In this document: piece by piece, positions 1-7,432 of the stretch
How positions within the stretch are numbered: position 1 is the stretch's first letter
How the letters are laid out: each line of letters opens with the position of its first letter
From: Saccharopolyspora rhizosphaerae
GTDB lineage: Bacteria; Actinomycetota; Actinomycetes; Mycobacteriales; Pseudonocardiaceae
Direction of reading: 5' to 3'
DNA: 24,000 nucleotides
NCBI RefSeq assembly: GCF_003931915.1
Contig: NZ_RSAA01000006.1
Span: 81,255 to 105,254 of the forward strand
Program-made: the position numbers and the translations under genes
The notes under the pieces: model-generated
Seen by the model: the letters and a program-made list of their open reading frames with translations, nothing else
What the model was told of the DNA's origin: nothing
Database searches by the model: none

Positions 1-233
1 GCGACCGACCCGCGGACGTCGAGCAGCACGGTGAGCGCGAAGGTCAGGGCGGGCAGCACGAGGAACTGCGCGACGACGCCGATCCCGATCGTCACCGGCC
101 GGCGCAGCGCCGCGGCGAACGACGACAGCGGTGTGTCCAGCGCGATGCCGAACAGGATCGCGCCGATGACGATCTTGAGCGTGGTCAGCGAGCCGCCGTC
201 GAAGGCGATCCGGACGCCGTCGACGTCGGTCAC
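1..233 (-). CDS. Bile acid:sodium symporter (BASS/ACR3-like) family transporter, N-terminal part (gene runs off the window)
   Basis: My own translation of the minus strand from GTG 233-231 gives VTDVDGVRIAFDGGSLTTLKIVIGAILFGIALDTPLSSFAAALRRPVTIGIGVVAQFLVLPALTFALTVLLDVRGSV. This is hydrophobic and resembles BASS N-termini as I remember them. The GTG overlaps the upstream TGA (GTGA, 230-233). The ORF track omits it because it is open-ended. Confidence 0.6.
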   Translation of the reverse strand, partial: MTDVDGVRIAFDGGSLTTLKIVIGAILFGIALDTPLSSFAAALRRPVTIGIGVVAQFLVLPALTFALTVLLDVRGSV

Positions 234-1525
234 GGCCGCAGTCCGAGCGCGTCGATCTCGCGGCGCACGGCGCGGCGGTAGGCGTCCTTGTTGACGTAGT
301 AGGCCATGCGCTCGACGCCGAGGTACCGGTAACCACCGGAGAGGTCGGGTCGTGGGCCTCGGGCGCGAGACTGCAGCGCGGCCGCCGCTGCCGGTCGTTC
401 GGTGCGGGCGCGCAGGGACGAAGCGACGAGCTCGGCCTGCTCGTAGCGGCCCTGCCAACCGATGCCGGAGGCCTCGATCATGCCCAGCACGAACAGGTCC
501 GGTTGGTCCGGGTTGAGGATGTTGAGGTAGAGGTCCGGTGCGGCGGGCGGGTTCCAGCGCAGCAACTGCCGGTCGATGAACGGGTAGTGCAACCGGTAGC
601 CGGTGGCGAGCACGATCATGTCGTACTCGCGCCGAACGCCGTCGCGGAACACCACCGAGGAGCCGTCGAAGCGTTCGACGTCCGCGCGCACGCTCAGGTC
701 GCCGTGCCCGAGGTGGTGCAGGACCAGCGAGTTGACGATCGGGTGCGACTCGTAGAGCTTGTGGTCGGGTTCGGGGAACCCGAACCGGGTCGGATCGCCG
801 GTGAACAGGCGCAGGACCCGCGAGTCCAGCGCCTGCTTGATCTTGGCAGGCAGCGGCCTGCCCTGGTTGAGCGTGTCGGAAGGCTTGCCGAACAGGTACT
901 TCGGCACGAAGTGGTAGCCGCGGCGCACCGAGATGTCCACGGCCGCCGCGTGGTGGACCGCGTCGACGGCGATGTCGCAGCCGGAGTTGCCCGCTCCGAT
1001 GATCAGGACCCGCTTGCCCGCGAAGATCGTCGGGGACTTGTAGGCGCTGGTGTGCAGCAGCTCGCCGTCGAAGTGCCCCGGGAAGGTCGGGACGTGGGGC
1101 TCGGAGAGCGTGCCGTTGGCGAGGAGCACACCGGTGTGGTGCTGGGTCCGCTCCCCCTCCGGGCCCGAGGTGGTCACCTCGTAGCCGCCACCGTCCGCGG
1201 GTTGCACGCGGGTGACTTCGGTGCCGAAGCGGAATCCCGCCTCGAGGTCGAAGTGCTCGGCGAACGCGCGGAAGTAGGCGAGCAGTTCCCGGTGCGAGGG
1301 GTAGTCCGCCACCGCATCGTCCATCGGGAACTCGGTGAACTGCGTCGTGGTCTTCGAGGAGATCAGGTGGGCCGAGTCGTACACGGTGCTGCGCGGAGCT
1401 CGCGCGTCCCACAGGCCCCCCACGCCGTCGGCGAGTTCGTAGCCCTGCCACGGGATGCCGAAGCGTTGCAGGTTGCGGGCAGCGGCGAGACCAGAGGGGC
1501 CCGCCCCGATCACGGCGTAGGACAC
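230..1525 (-). CDS. Flavin-containing monooxygenase-like (class B FAD/NADPH-dependent) oxidoreductase
   Basis: 431-aa ORF. Contains an N-terminal FAD motif GAGPSG, the FMO signature FxGxxxHxxxY (FDGELLHTSAY), a second dinucleotide motif GAGNSG and an ATGY motif. The start codon is GTG at 1525-1523. Confidence 0.85.
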   Translation of the reverse strand: MSYAVIGAGPSGLAAARNLQRFGIPWQGYELADGVGGLWDARAPRSTVYDSAHLISSKTTTQFTEFPMDDAVADYPSHRELLAYFRAFAEHFDLEAGFRFGTEVTRVQPADGGGYEVTTSGPEGERTQHHTGVLLANGTLSEPHVPTFPGHFDGELLHTSAYKSPTIFAGKRVLIIGAGNSGCDIAVDAVHHAAAVDISVRRGYHFVPKYLFGKPSDTLNQGRPLPAKIKQALDSRVLRLFTGDPTRFGFPEPDHKLYESHPIVNSLVLHHLGHGDLSVRADVERFDGSSVVFRDGVRREYDMIVLATGYRLHYPFIDRQLLRWNPPAAPDLYLNILNPDQPDLFVLGMIEASGIGWQGRYEQAELVASSLRARTERPAAAAALQSRARGPRPDLSGGYRYLGVERMAYYVNKDAYRRAVRREIDALGLRP

Positions 1526-1560
1526 AAGGCGGACTGTAGCCCAGACAACGACCTGTCTCG
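1526..1560 (-). promoter_or_regulatory. Candidate leaderless promoter of the monooxygenase gene, with an adjacent short inverted repeat
   Basis: On the minus strand, TACAGT (1538-1533, fits TANNNT) lies 7 nt upstream of the GTG start, and I see no obvious RBS. The inverted repeat AGACA-n6-TGTCT (about 1543-1558) lies just upstream. Confidence 0.25.
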
Positions 1561-1734
1561 TGTGTCGATCGTCTCTCCCCGACCACCTGGCCGAGGCGCA
1601 GGAGCCGATCTTTCGTCAGACCGAGCTTGGAAGGTTCCGGAGGGACCTGCCAGACGGACGAAGGACTTGGTCCGAACGGCAGCTGTCGTAGGAACCGTGC
1701 GTCCAGAGGCTCGGTCAGCCCGGAAGCAGGTGGG

Positions 1735-2550
1735 TCACCGGGCTCGACTGGAGCTCTCCACGCCGCTCGCCGTGACGGCGGCCGCTCCCGCCCGGAGGTC
1801 GCGCAGCCACGCCAACCACTCCGCGAGGCCGTCGCCGCGCGTGGCGGAGATCTGCTGGATCTCCAGGCGTGGGTTCACCGCCAGGGCGTCCGCGCGGAAG
1901 CGGGCCACGTCGAAGTCGACGTGCGGCAGCAGGTCGACCTTGTTGAGCAGGACGAGGTCCGCTGCGCGGAACATGTGCGGGTACTTCAGCGGTTTGTCCG
2001 CGCCCTCGGTGACCGAGGTGATCACCACCCTCGCCCGCTCTCCCAGGTCGAACAGCGCGGGGCAGACCAGGTTGCCGACGTTCTCGACGACCACCACGGA
2101 GTCCTCCGGCGGTTCGAGATTGCGCAGGCCGTCCGCGAGCATCTCCGCGTCCAGGTGACAACCGGCACCGGTGTTGATCTGCACGACCCGGCACCCGGTC
2201 GCCCGGATCCGGTCCGCGTCGAACAGCGTCTCCTGGTCGCCCTCGATCACCGAGATCGGCGGCGAGCCGGCGGCCTCGGCCAGGGTTCGTTCCAGCAGCG
2301 TGGTCTTGCCCGAGCCCGGTGAGCTCATGAGGTTGAGCGCCACGATCCCGGCTTCGGCAAGCCGGTCGCGGTTGCGCTGGGCCAGCGCGTCGTTCTTGGC
2401 CAGCACCCGCTGTTCCAGCGTCACGGTCCGGTCCGCGCCGTGGCCGTGGCCGTGCTCGTGCTCGTGCTCGTGGTGGTGTGCCGGCGCTGCGCCCACCTCC
2501 GGCCCGCTGATCCGGACCCCCGCGTCGCCGCACCCGCAGGTCGCACACAT
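1735..2550 (-). CDS. hypB: Hydrogenase nickel-incorporation GTPase HypB
   Basis: 271 aa. Has the N-terminal CxxCGC motif (MCATCGCG), a His-rich tract HHHEHEHEHGHGHG, a P-loop GSGKTT and an NKVD motif. ATG at 2550-2548 lies 1 nt after the hypA stop. Confidence 0.95.
   Translation of the reverse strand: MCATCGCGDAGVRISGPEVGAAPAHHHEHEHEHGHGHGADRTVTLEQRVLAKNDALAQRNRDRLAEAGIVALNLMSSPGSGKTTLLERTLAEAAGSPPISVIEGDQETLFDADRIRATGCRVVQINTGAGCHLDAEMLADGLRNLEPPEDSVVVVENVGNLVCPALFDLGERARVVITSVTEGADKPLKYPHMFRAADLVLLNKVDLLPHVDFDVARFRADALAVNPRLEIQQISATRGDGLAEWLAWLRDLRAGAAAVTASGVESSSRAR
2440..2478. repeat. Hexanucleotide/trinucleotide tandem repeat inside hypB that encodes the His-rich tract
   Basis: Plus strand reads (GTGGCC)x2 (GTGCTC)x3 GTGGTGGTG. 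Minus strand reads CAC CAC CAC (GAG CAC)x3 (GGC CAC)x2 GGC, i.e. HHH(EH)3(GH)2G. Confidence 0.9.
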
Positions 2551-2551
2551 C

Positions 2552-2881
2552 TCACATCACCTCGACTGATCTGATCCGCAGCTCGGTCCCCGCGAGCAGT
2601 TCGACGTCGGCGTTGCCGCAGGGGCACAACGCCACCGGCCCGTTGATCTCGGTCTCGCTCCGGCACCGCGCGCACGCGATGCGCCCGCGCGGTTCGTCGA
2701 TGTCGAGCCGGGCTCCCTGCACCGTCGTGCCCTCGGCGACCAGCTCGAAGCAGAAGCGCACCGAGTCGGCCACCACCCCGGAGAGCGCACCGATCTCCAG
2801 TTGGAGGCTCGCGATCCGCGTCGAACCCATCCGCTCGACGACCCCGCTCACGATGCTCTCGGTGATGGCCAGCTCGTGCAC
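2552..2881 (-). CDS. hypA: Hydrogenase nickel-insertion metallochaperone HypA
   Basis: The ORF at 2552-2932 was trimmed to GTG 2881-2879, giving (V)HELAITESIV, the typical MHE HypA N-terminus. An RBS GGAGGGAG lies upstream. Zn-finger pairs CARC...CPCG are present. 109 aa. Confidence 0.9.
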   Translation of the reverse strand: MHELAITESIVSGVVERMGSTRIASLQLEIGALSGVVADSVRFCFELVAEGTTVQGARLDIDEPRGRIACARCRSETEINGPVALCPCGNADVELLAGTELRIRSVEVM

Positions 2882-2928
2882 CCGACTCCCTCCTCGACGA
2901 GCGGCAGGACCGCCACCCCCACACCGGT

Positions 2929-3186
2929 TCACCGGGTGGGGCGCTCTTCCTCGGGCATGGCCTGCCCCATCAGCTCCAGCCCGGACAGGGCCTCGTCCGC
3001 CTGCGCCCGGTCGACCTTCTCCACGGCGAAACCGACGTGGATGAGCACCCAGTCACCGGGAGCGAGGCTCCCGGGCTCGAGCAGCCCGATGTTCACCCGC
3101 CGCCGGGCGCCGACGACGTCCACGATCGCGAGCTGGTCGTTGTCGGCGACCAGCTCCACGACCTCTCCGGGAATTCCCAGGCACAT
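2929..3186 (-). CDS. hypC: HypC/HybG/HupF-family hydrogenase assembly chaperone (copy 1)
   Basis: 85 aa starting MCLGIPG (essential Cys2). RBS GAGGGAG lies upstream of ATG 3186-3184. Confidence 0.9.
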   Translation of the reverse strand: MCLGIPGEVVELVADNDQLAIVDVVGARRRVNIGLLEPGSLAPGDWVLIHVGFAVEKVDRAQADEALSGLELMGQAMPEEERPTR

Positions 3187-3213
3187 GCTCGTGACGCTCC
3201 CTCGACGCTGTCG

Positions 3214-3336
3214 TCACATCGTGCGGATCCGCTTGTACCGCTTGACGTCCGGCCACGACAGGACGCCGAGGTAGACGCCTCCGGCGACAGCCGCCAGCAA
3301 GAACACCGTCGTGGCGATCCCGAGCTTGCGCATCAT
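3214..3336 (-). CDS. Small (40 aa) single-pass membrane protein, absent from the ORF track
   Basis: My translation is MMRKLGIATTVFLLAAVAGGVYLGVLSWPDVKRYKRIRTM*. It has one hydrophobic helix and a basic tail. Its ATG (3336-3334) overlaps the endopeptidase TGA (3335-3333) as ATGA. GC3 is high and it fills an otherwise empty 147-bp gap. From memory it resembles a 'DUF6893-type small protein' found in actinobacterial hydrogenase loci. I could not verify this. Confidence 0.5.
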   Translation of the reverse strand: MMRKLGIATTVFLLAAVAGGVYLGVLSWPDVKRYKRIRTM

Positions 3337-3824
3337 TTCTCCTCACCGGCGCCCGCAGGCGCCAACTCGTGGTTCAACAGGGACGTGATGGTCGCGACGG
3401 CCGGTTCGAGCGCCGCCGCGACGGGTTCGGAGAGCCCGAGGGACTCCTCGGTGGACAGTGGTGTGCAGCCGACGACGTAGGTGCGGGGCAGTTCCCCGCC
3501 CATGGCCACGAGAGTGGCCAGCACCGACGTGGGGTTCATGCTGTGCGCGTCGAGCCCGTCGGCCTCCTCCACGTGCTCAGGCCCGACCTCCAGCACCCGC
3601 ATCTCGCCGGGCGCACCGTCGGCCGGGAGGGCGTCGACGAGCACCAGGGCGTCGTACCCGTCCAGCAGTTCGTAGGCCAGGTGCAGTCCCCTGATCCCGT
3701 AGTCGATGACCCTGGCGTGCTCGGGCACCGGCCTCGCCGAGAGCAGACGGACGACCTCGGGGCCGAAACCATCGTCGCCGAGGAACATGTTGCCGATCCC
3801 GGCCACGAGCACCCGGGGCCTCAT
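3333..3824 (-). CDS. [NiFe]-hydrogenase maturation endopeptidase (HyaD/HybD/HupD family)
   Basis: The ORF was trimmed to MRPRVLVAGIGNMFLGDDGFGPEV, which carries the family motif GxGNxxxxDDGxG. A His (DAHSMNP) lies downstream. ATG 3824-3822 overlaps the upstream TGA (ATGA). 163 aa. Confidence 0.9.
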   Translation of the reverse strand: MRPRVLVAGIGNMFLGDDGFGPEVVRLLSARPVPEHARVIDYGIRGLHLAYELLDGYDALVLVDALPADGAPGEMRVLEVGPEHVEEADGLDAHSMNPTSVLATLVAMGGELPRTYVVGCTPLSTEESLGLSEPVAAALEPAVATITSLLNHELAPAGAGEEK

Positions 3825-5215
3825 GCGACACCTCCGGGCTCGAGCGGTTCGATCTCCTCGGGTCCGAAGTAGAGGTAGCGCCCGTACCACTGGTGGAGGT
3901 CGCCGGCGGGGTCGTCGCGCAGCACCACCGCCACGTGGACCCGCCCGTCGACGTCGCGGTCGACCCTCGTCACCACAGCGACCTGGCCCGCGAGGAAGAG
4001 GTCCTGGGCGTCGGCCCGACGCGAGGGTCGCAACCGCACGTGACTGCCCGCTGCCACCGGGGTTCCGCCGACCAGCACGGAGTCCGTCTCAGGCCGCACG
4101 CTCGCATCCACGTCCGGGTCCCACCACGGCCGGTCCGCACCGTCGTGCCCGGGTGTCGACCACGTCGGGACCTCGCCGCCCGCGGGAACCTCGCGGGTGG
4201 TGCCGTGCAGCCGTCCGAGCTCGGTGTCGGGCAAGCTCTCGCAACGGTCCAGGAGCGCCCGGGCGCGGTCGTCGGTGGCGCGGACCTCGCGCTTCTCGTC
4301 CTCGGTCAGCGTCATGACCCGCAGCGTGAGCAGCTCGTCGATCTCGGTGGAGTCGAAGAGGTCACCGGGGCTCTCGGCGGCGACCTCGGGCCAGTCGTAG
4401 AGGATGATGGGCGCGGCGAGCACGACGTCCTGGTCCCCCTTCTCGCCGACGAGCACCGGCCAGCAGCGGTGGTTCGCGCACTGCGCCGCCGCCTCGGAGG
4501 CCCAGGCCGGCGGGTCGATCACCGACAGGAACCGGCCGTCCAGCACCGAGAGCACCACGTGCGCGCTGAGCAACGAGCGCTGCAACGCCTGGTCCCGGTG
4601 CGGTCGACCGGATTCCAGGGGGACCCACGGGTGCTGGTTCTCCAGCCGCAGGCCGACCGCCACGGCACCACCCACCCGCCGCGCGCTCACCCGCAGCACC
4701 GCGCTCAGCGGCAGGCGCTCGCGCACGACCTTCCCGACGAGCTCGCCGTGCTCGTCGCGGAGGAGCTCGGCCTCCGCGCCGCCCGGGACCTCCACCGGCA
4801 GGAGCCGCTCCACGCCGTCCAGCAGCTCCGGGATGTGCTGCGGGGCGAGGTCCACCTCCTGCTCCACCGCTTCGTCCCAGCTCAGCCAGGTCTGGGAGCC
4901 GCAGGTCAGCTCGTGCACCGGCGTGAGCCGGCGCGGTGTCGCCTCCCGGCGCCACACCGTGCGCGACTGCAGCTGCAGGAAGCGCACGCGGATGTCCACA
5001 GTGGTCTCACCGCCGAGCTCCAGCAGGCAGTCGGTGGACATCGCGGAGTCCTCGCCGCAGCCGGCCTCGCGGGCGCCGATCGGCCCGAGCACGCCGAACT
5101 GCCAGCGCACCTGGTTCTTCGCGGCCGAGGCCCGGTAGGGGTAGAGCAGGTAGCCCTCGTAGAGCACCGCGTCGGCGATCACCCGCGCCCGGTCGAGCAG
5201 GTCCGTGCTGGTCAC
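3821..5215 (-). CDS. Conserved hypothetical protein of group 1h hydrogenase loci (464 aa), function unknown
   Basis: The ORF at 3821-5344 was trimmed to GTG 5215-5213, which has RBS GGAGGTGA upstream and forms a GTGA overlap with the upstream gene. The sequence is non-repetitive with high GC3. I recognise no catalytic motif. Confidence 0.75.
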   Translation of the reverse strand: MTSTDLLDRARVIADAVLYEGYLLYPYRASAAKNQVRWQFGVLGPIGAREAGCGEDSAMSTDCLLELGGETTVDIRVRFLQLQSRTVWRREATPRRLTPVHELTCGSQTWLSWDEAVEQEVDLAPQHIPELLDGVERLLPVEVPGGAEAELLRDEHGELVGKVVRERLPLSAVLRVSARRVGGAVAVGLRLENQHPWVPLESGRPHRDQALQRSLLSAHVVLSVLDGRFLSVIDPPAWASEAAAQCANHRCWPVLVGEKGDQDVVLAAPIILYDWPEVAAESPGDLFDSTEIDELLTLRVMTLTEDEKREVRATDDRARALLDRCESLPDTELGRLHGTTREVPAGGEVPTWSTPGHDGADRPWWDPDVDASVRPETDSVLVGGTPVAAGSHVRLRPSRRADAQDLFLAGQVAVVTRVDRDVDGRVHVAVVLRDDPAGDLHQWYGRYLYFGPEEIEPLEPGGVA

Positions 5216-5862
5216 GACCTCACCTCCGCCGCGTCCCGCGCTTCGTCGAGCAGTGCGGCGCACACCTCGTCCCAGCCGAGCAGACCACGCCGCTTCTTGA
5301 AGCGCCGCAGCTCGGCGATGGTCTCCTCCTGCAGCCGCAACCACCCGCTGCCCGGGAAGTGCCGGTGCACCAGTTCGTCCCAGACGGCGACGGGCATCCG
5401 GTGGTCGACGTCGTGCTCCCAGGAGATCTGCTCGACCGCGAAACCGGTGTCACCGCGGGTGAAGACCGTTCCGGCGAAGCTGAGGCAGAGCGGTACCTCG
5501 CCGTCCTCGAGGGCGTGCAGGTACTTCGACGCGGCGACCTCGTGGTCGTAGGTGACCGACATCGGCAGGTCGAACTCACGAGCACCCCGGAAGCCCTGCA
5601 CCGTGGTCGAGCAACACCCCCATAGCAGGGGTTTCAGCGTGCGGCCCCACCGTTCGGGTTCGCCGAAGAGGTCGGTCACCCCCTCCTGTTCCGCCTCGGT
5701 GTAGCGCCGCCGCTGCGCGTCGATGCGCACCTGCGCGCGCACCGCCATCGCGTGCACGGTCTCGCCTGTGCTCTCGTCCACGCGCACCCGGAACTGCAGC
5801 ACCGGCGACACGGCGTAGGGCTCCGGCCGGGCGTCGAGGACCGCGAAGGTCAGCCGAGTCAT
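5212..5862 (-). CDS. Conserved hypothetical protein (216 aa), hydrogenase-operon associated
   Basis: The true start is MTRLTFAVLDARPEPYAV at ATG 5862-5860, with RBS AGGAGG and an ATGA overlap with the upstream gene. The rest of the 411-aa track ORF is a GC-rich read-through extension. From memory it resembles a 'DUF6084'-type protein. Not verified. Confidence 0.75.
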   Translation of the reverse strand: MTRLTFAVLDARPEPYAVSPVLQFRVRVDESTGETVHAMAVRAQVRIDAQRRRYTEAEQEGVTDLFGEPERWGRTLKPLLWGCCSTTVQGFRGAREFDLPMSVTYDHEVAASKYLHALEDGEVPLCLSFAGTVFTRGDTGFAVEQISWEHDVDHRMPVAVWDELVHRHFPGSGWLRLQEETIAELRRFKKRRGLLGWDEVCAALLDEARDAAEVRS

Positions 5863-6542
5863 GAGGCCTCCTGTCCGGTGCGCACGGGGCGGCTGCGCGT
5901 GCGAAGGTCGTCGAAGAACCGCTGCAGCCGTTCCCGGACCTCCTGGCCGCCGTCGAAGCCGCGCCACTGCCGCCGCAGGTGCCCGACGAGCTCGTAGCAG
6001 GCGTCGATGGGGACCAGGAAGCAGTCGAAGGCGTCCTCCCCGGCCCCGACCGGCCCCTCGACGTTCCGGTCGGCGACCAGGACGGCCTCCACGTCGGGTT
6101 CCGCGTCGGCAAGACCGGGGTTGACGGCGACGACCTCCTCCCACCCGGCCACGGTCAGCTCGGACTCGGTGGCCCCGGCGGGGCTCGGGTAGAACGCCAC
6201 CACCCGGCCCAGCCGCGAGTTGCGGAAGAAGAACGCCATGCCGACCGGGACCCCGAGCGCTTCCCACTGCGCCCTGGTCAGGGCGAATTCCGGGAACTGC
6301 TGGTAGCGCTCGGGAACCGCTCGGTACCGGCCGGCCGCGGCGCCCTCCGGGACGAACAGGAACGAGCACGGCCGGCAGGTGCACATCAGCTCGCGGCTGT
6401 CGAGGTCCACCACGTGCGGGTGGGACTGCTCGACGGGTTCCGCGCACATCTCGCAGCGCTCGCCGTCGCGGCGGCTGGGAGCGTTGCGCATCACCCGCTG
6501 CAGGGCGCCCACCGAGCCCGGGGGAACGCGCCGGCCCGTCAT
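5859..6542 (-). CDS. Conserved hypothetical Cys-motif protein (227 aa), hydrogenase-operon associated
   Basis: The start is MTGRRVPPGS at ATG 6542-6540, overlapping the upstream stop as ATGA. It contains CEMCAEPVEQSHPHVVDLDSRELMCTCRPC, i.e. CxxC...CxCxxC plus HxH, a possible metal site. From memory it resembles a 'DUF5947'-type protein. Not verified. Confidence 0.75.
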   Translation of the reverse strand: MTGRRVPPGSVGALQRVMRNAPSRRDGERCEMCAEPVEQSHPHVVDLDSRELMCTCRPCSFLFVPEGAAAGRYRAVPERYQQFPEFALTRAQWEALGVPVGMAFFFRNSRLGRVVAFYPSPAGATESELTVAGWEEVVAVNPGLADAEPDVEAVLVADRNVEGPVGAGEDAFDCFLVPIDACYELVGHLRRQWRGFDGGQEVRERLQRFFDDLRTRSRPVRTGQEAS

Positions 6543-7432
6543 CCCGCCACCGCCGGTGCCGGTACCGCGATCTCCAGCACGCCGTCGTTCTCCAGCAGCG
6601 GCAGCGGGTCCAGGTGGCGGGTCCCTTCGTCCAGCCCGGCTCCGGCGGCCCGCACGTCGTAGTGCGACCGGCAGGTCGGGCAGATCAGGATCGCCGAGCC
6701 GGCTGGACCGCCGGGTGCCCGCTGCAGGCTCGCCCCGGCGACGCTGCCGCCGCACCCGGGGCAGGCGTCCCGGAAGGCGTAGCTGTGCCGGCCGACCCGG
6801 CAGACCACGACGTCCACATCGGACACCACCAGCGAGCGGATCTGCCCGGACTCCAGCGGACCGGCCTCGACCTGCTCCCACACCGCGTTTCCCGCGACTC
6901 GGCCGGCGCGAGCACGGTGCAGCAGGGACTCGGCCGGGATCACCGAAGCGTCCTCCGGCGAGTCGTCGCACTCGATGGACTCGATCTCCGGTGCGGCGGC
7001 CTCGATCGCCCCCTCCACGGCCAGCGTGAGCGTCACCGTCGAGGAGGGGCAGCCCTGGCAGGTGCCGAGCATCCGCAGCCGCACCACGGAGTCCTCGACA
7101 CCGAGCAACCGGACGTCGCCACCGTGCGAGCCGAGGTAGGGACGCACCCGTTCCAGGGCCCGCTCGATCCGCGTCTCGACGTCGTGCGGGTGCAGGCCGT
7201 GCAAAAGCAGCAGGCTCGACACCAGCTCGTCGTCGGCGAACCGCTCCAGCAGGTCGCCGCTGAGCAGCCCCGCCTCGTCGGTGATCTCCAGGACGCGTTC
7301 CAAACCTGCGCCGTGCAGCCGCGAGACCAGCCGGACCAGTTCCTCGGCGCGCTGCCGGGCCAACGGCCCGCTCGCGTCGAAGGACGCCAGCAGCTGGTCG
7401 ATCCGCTCTCCCGAAACCTCGTTGCCGCTCAT
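6539..7432 (-). CDS. hhyE: NifU-like / Rieske-like putative Fe-S protein (HhyE/HucE-type)
   Basis: 297 aa. The central NifU C-terminal-type domain reads LGSHGGDVRLLGVEDSVVRLRMLGTCQGCPSSTVTL. The C-terminal domain has paired motifs CPGCGG ... CPTCRSHYD in a Rieske-like arrangement. ATG 7432-7430 overlaps the hhyL TGA (ATGA). Confidence 0.8.
   Translation of the reverse strand: MSGNEVSGERIDQLLASFDASGPLARQRAEELVRLVSRLHGAGLERVLEITDEAGLLSGDLLERFADDELVSSLLLLHGLHPHDVETRIERALERVRPYLGSHGGDVRLLGVEDSVVRLRMLGTCQGCPSSTVTLTLAVEGAIEAAAPEIESIECDDSPEDASVIPAESLLHRARAGRVAGNAVWEQVEAGPLESGQIRSLVVSDVDVVVCRVGRHSYAFRDACPGCGGSVAGASLQRAPGGPAGSAILICPTCRSHYDVRAAGAGLDEGTRHLDPLPLLENDGVLEIAVPAPAVAG

Noticed and set aside
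1526-1734. An intrinsic terminator after hypB in the 209-bp gap
   Set aside because: Only long-loop, imperfect pairings are present (GGTTCC...GGAACC, GGACC...GGTCC), and there is no U-tract. I cannot support a terminator call from the sequence alone.
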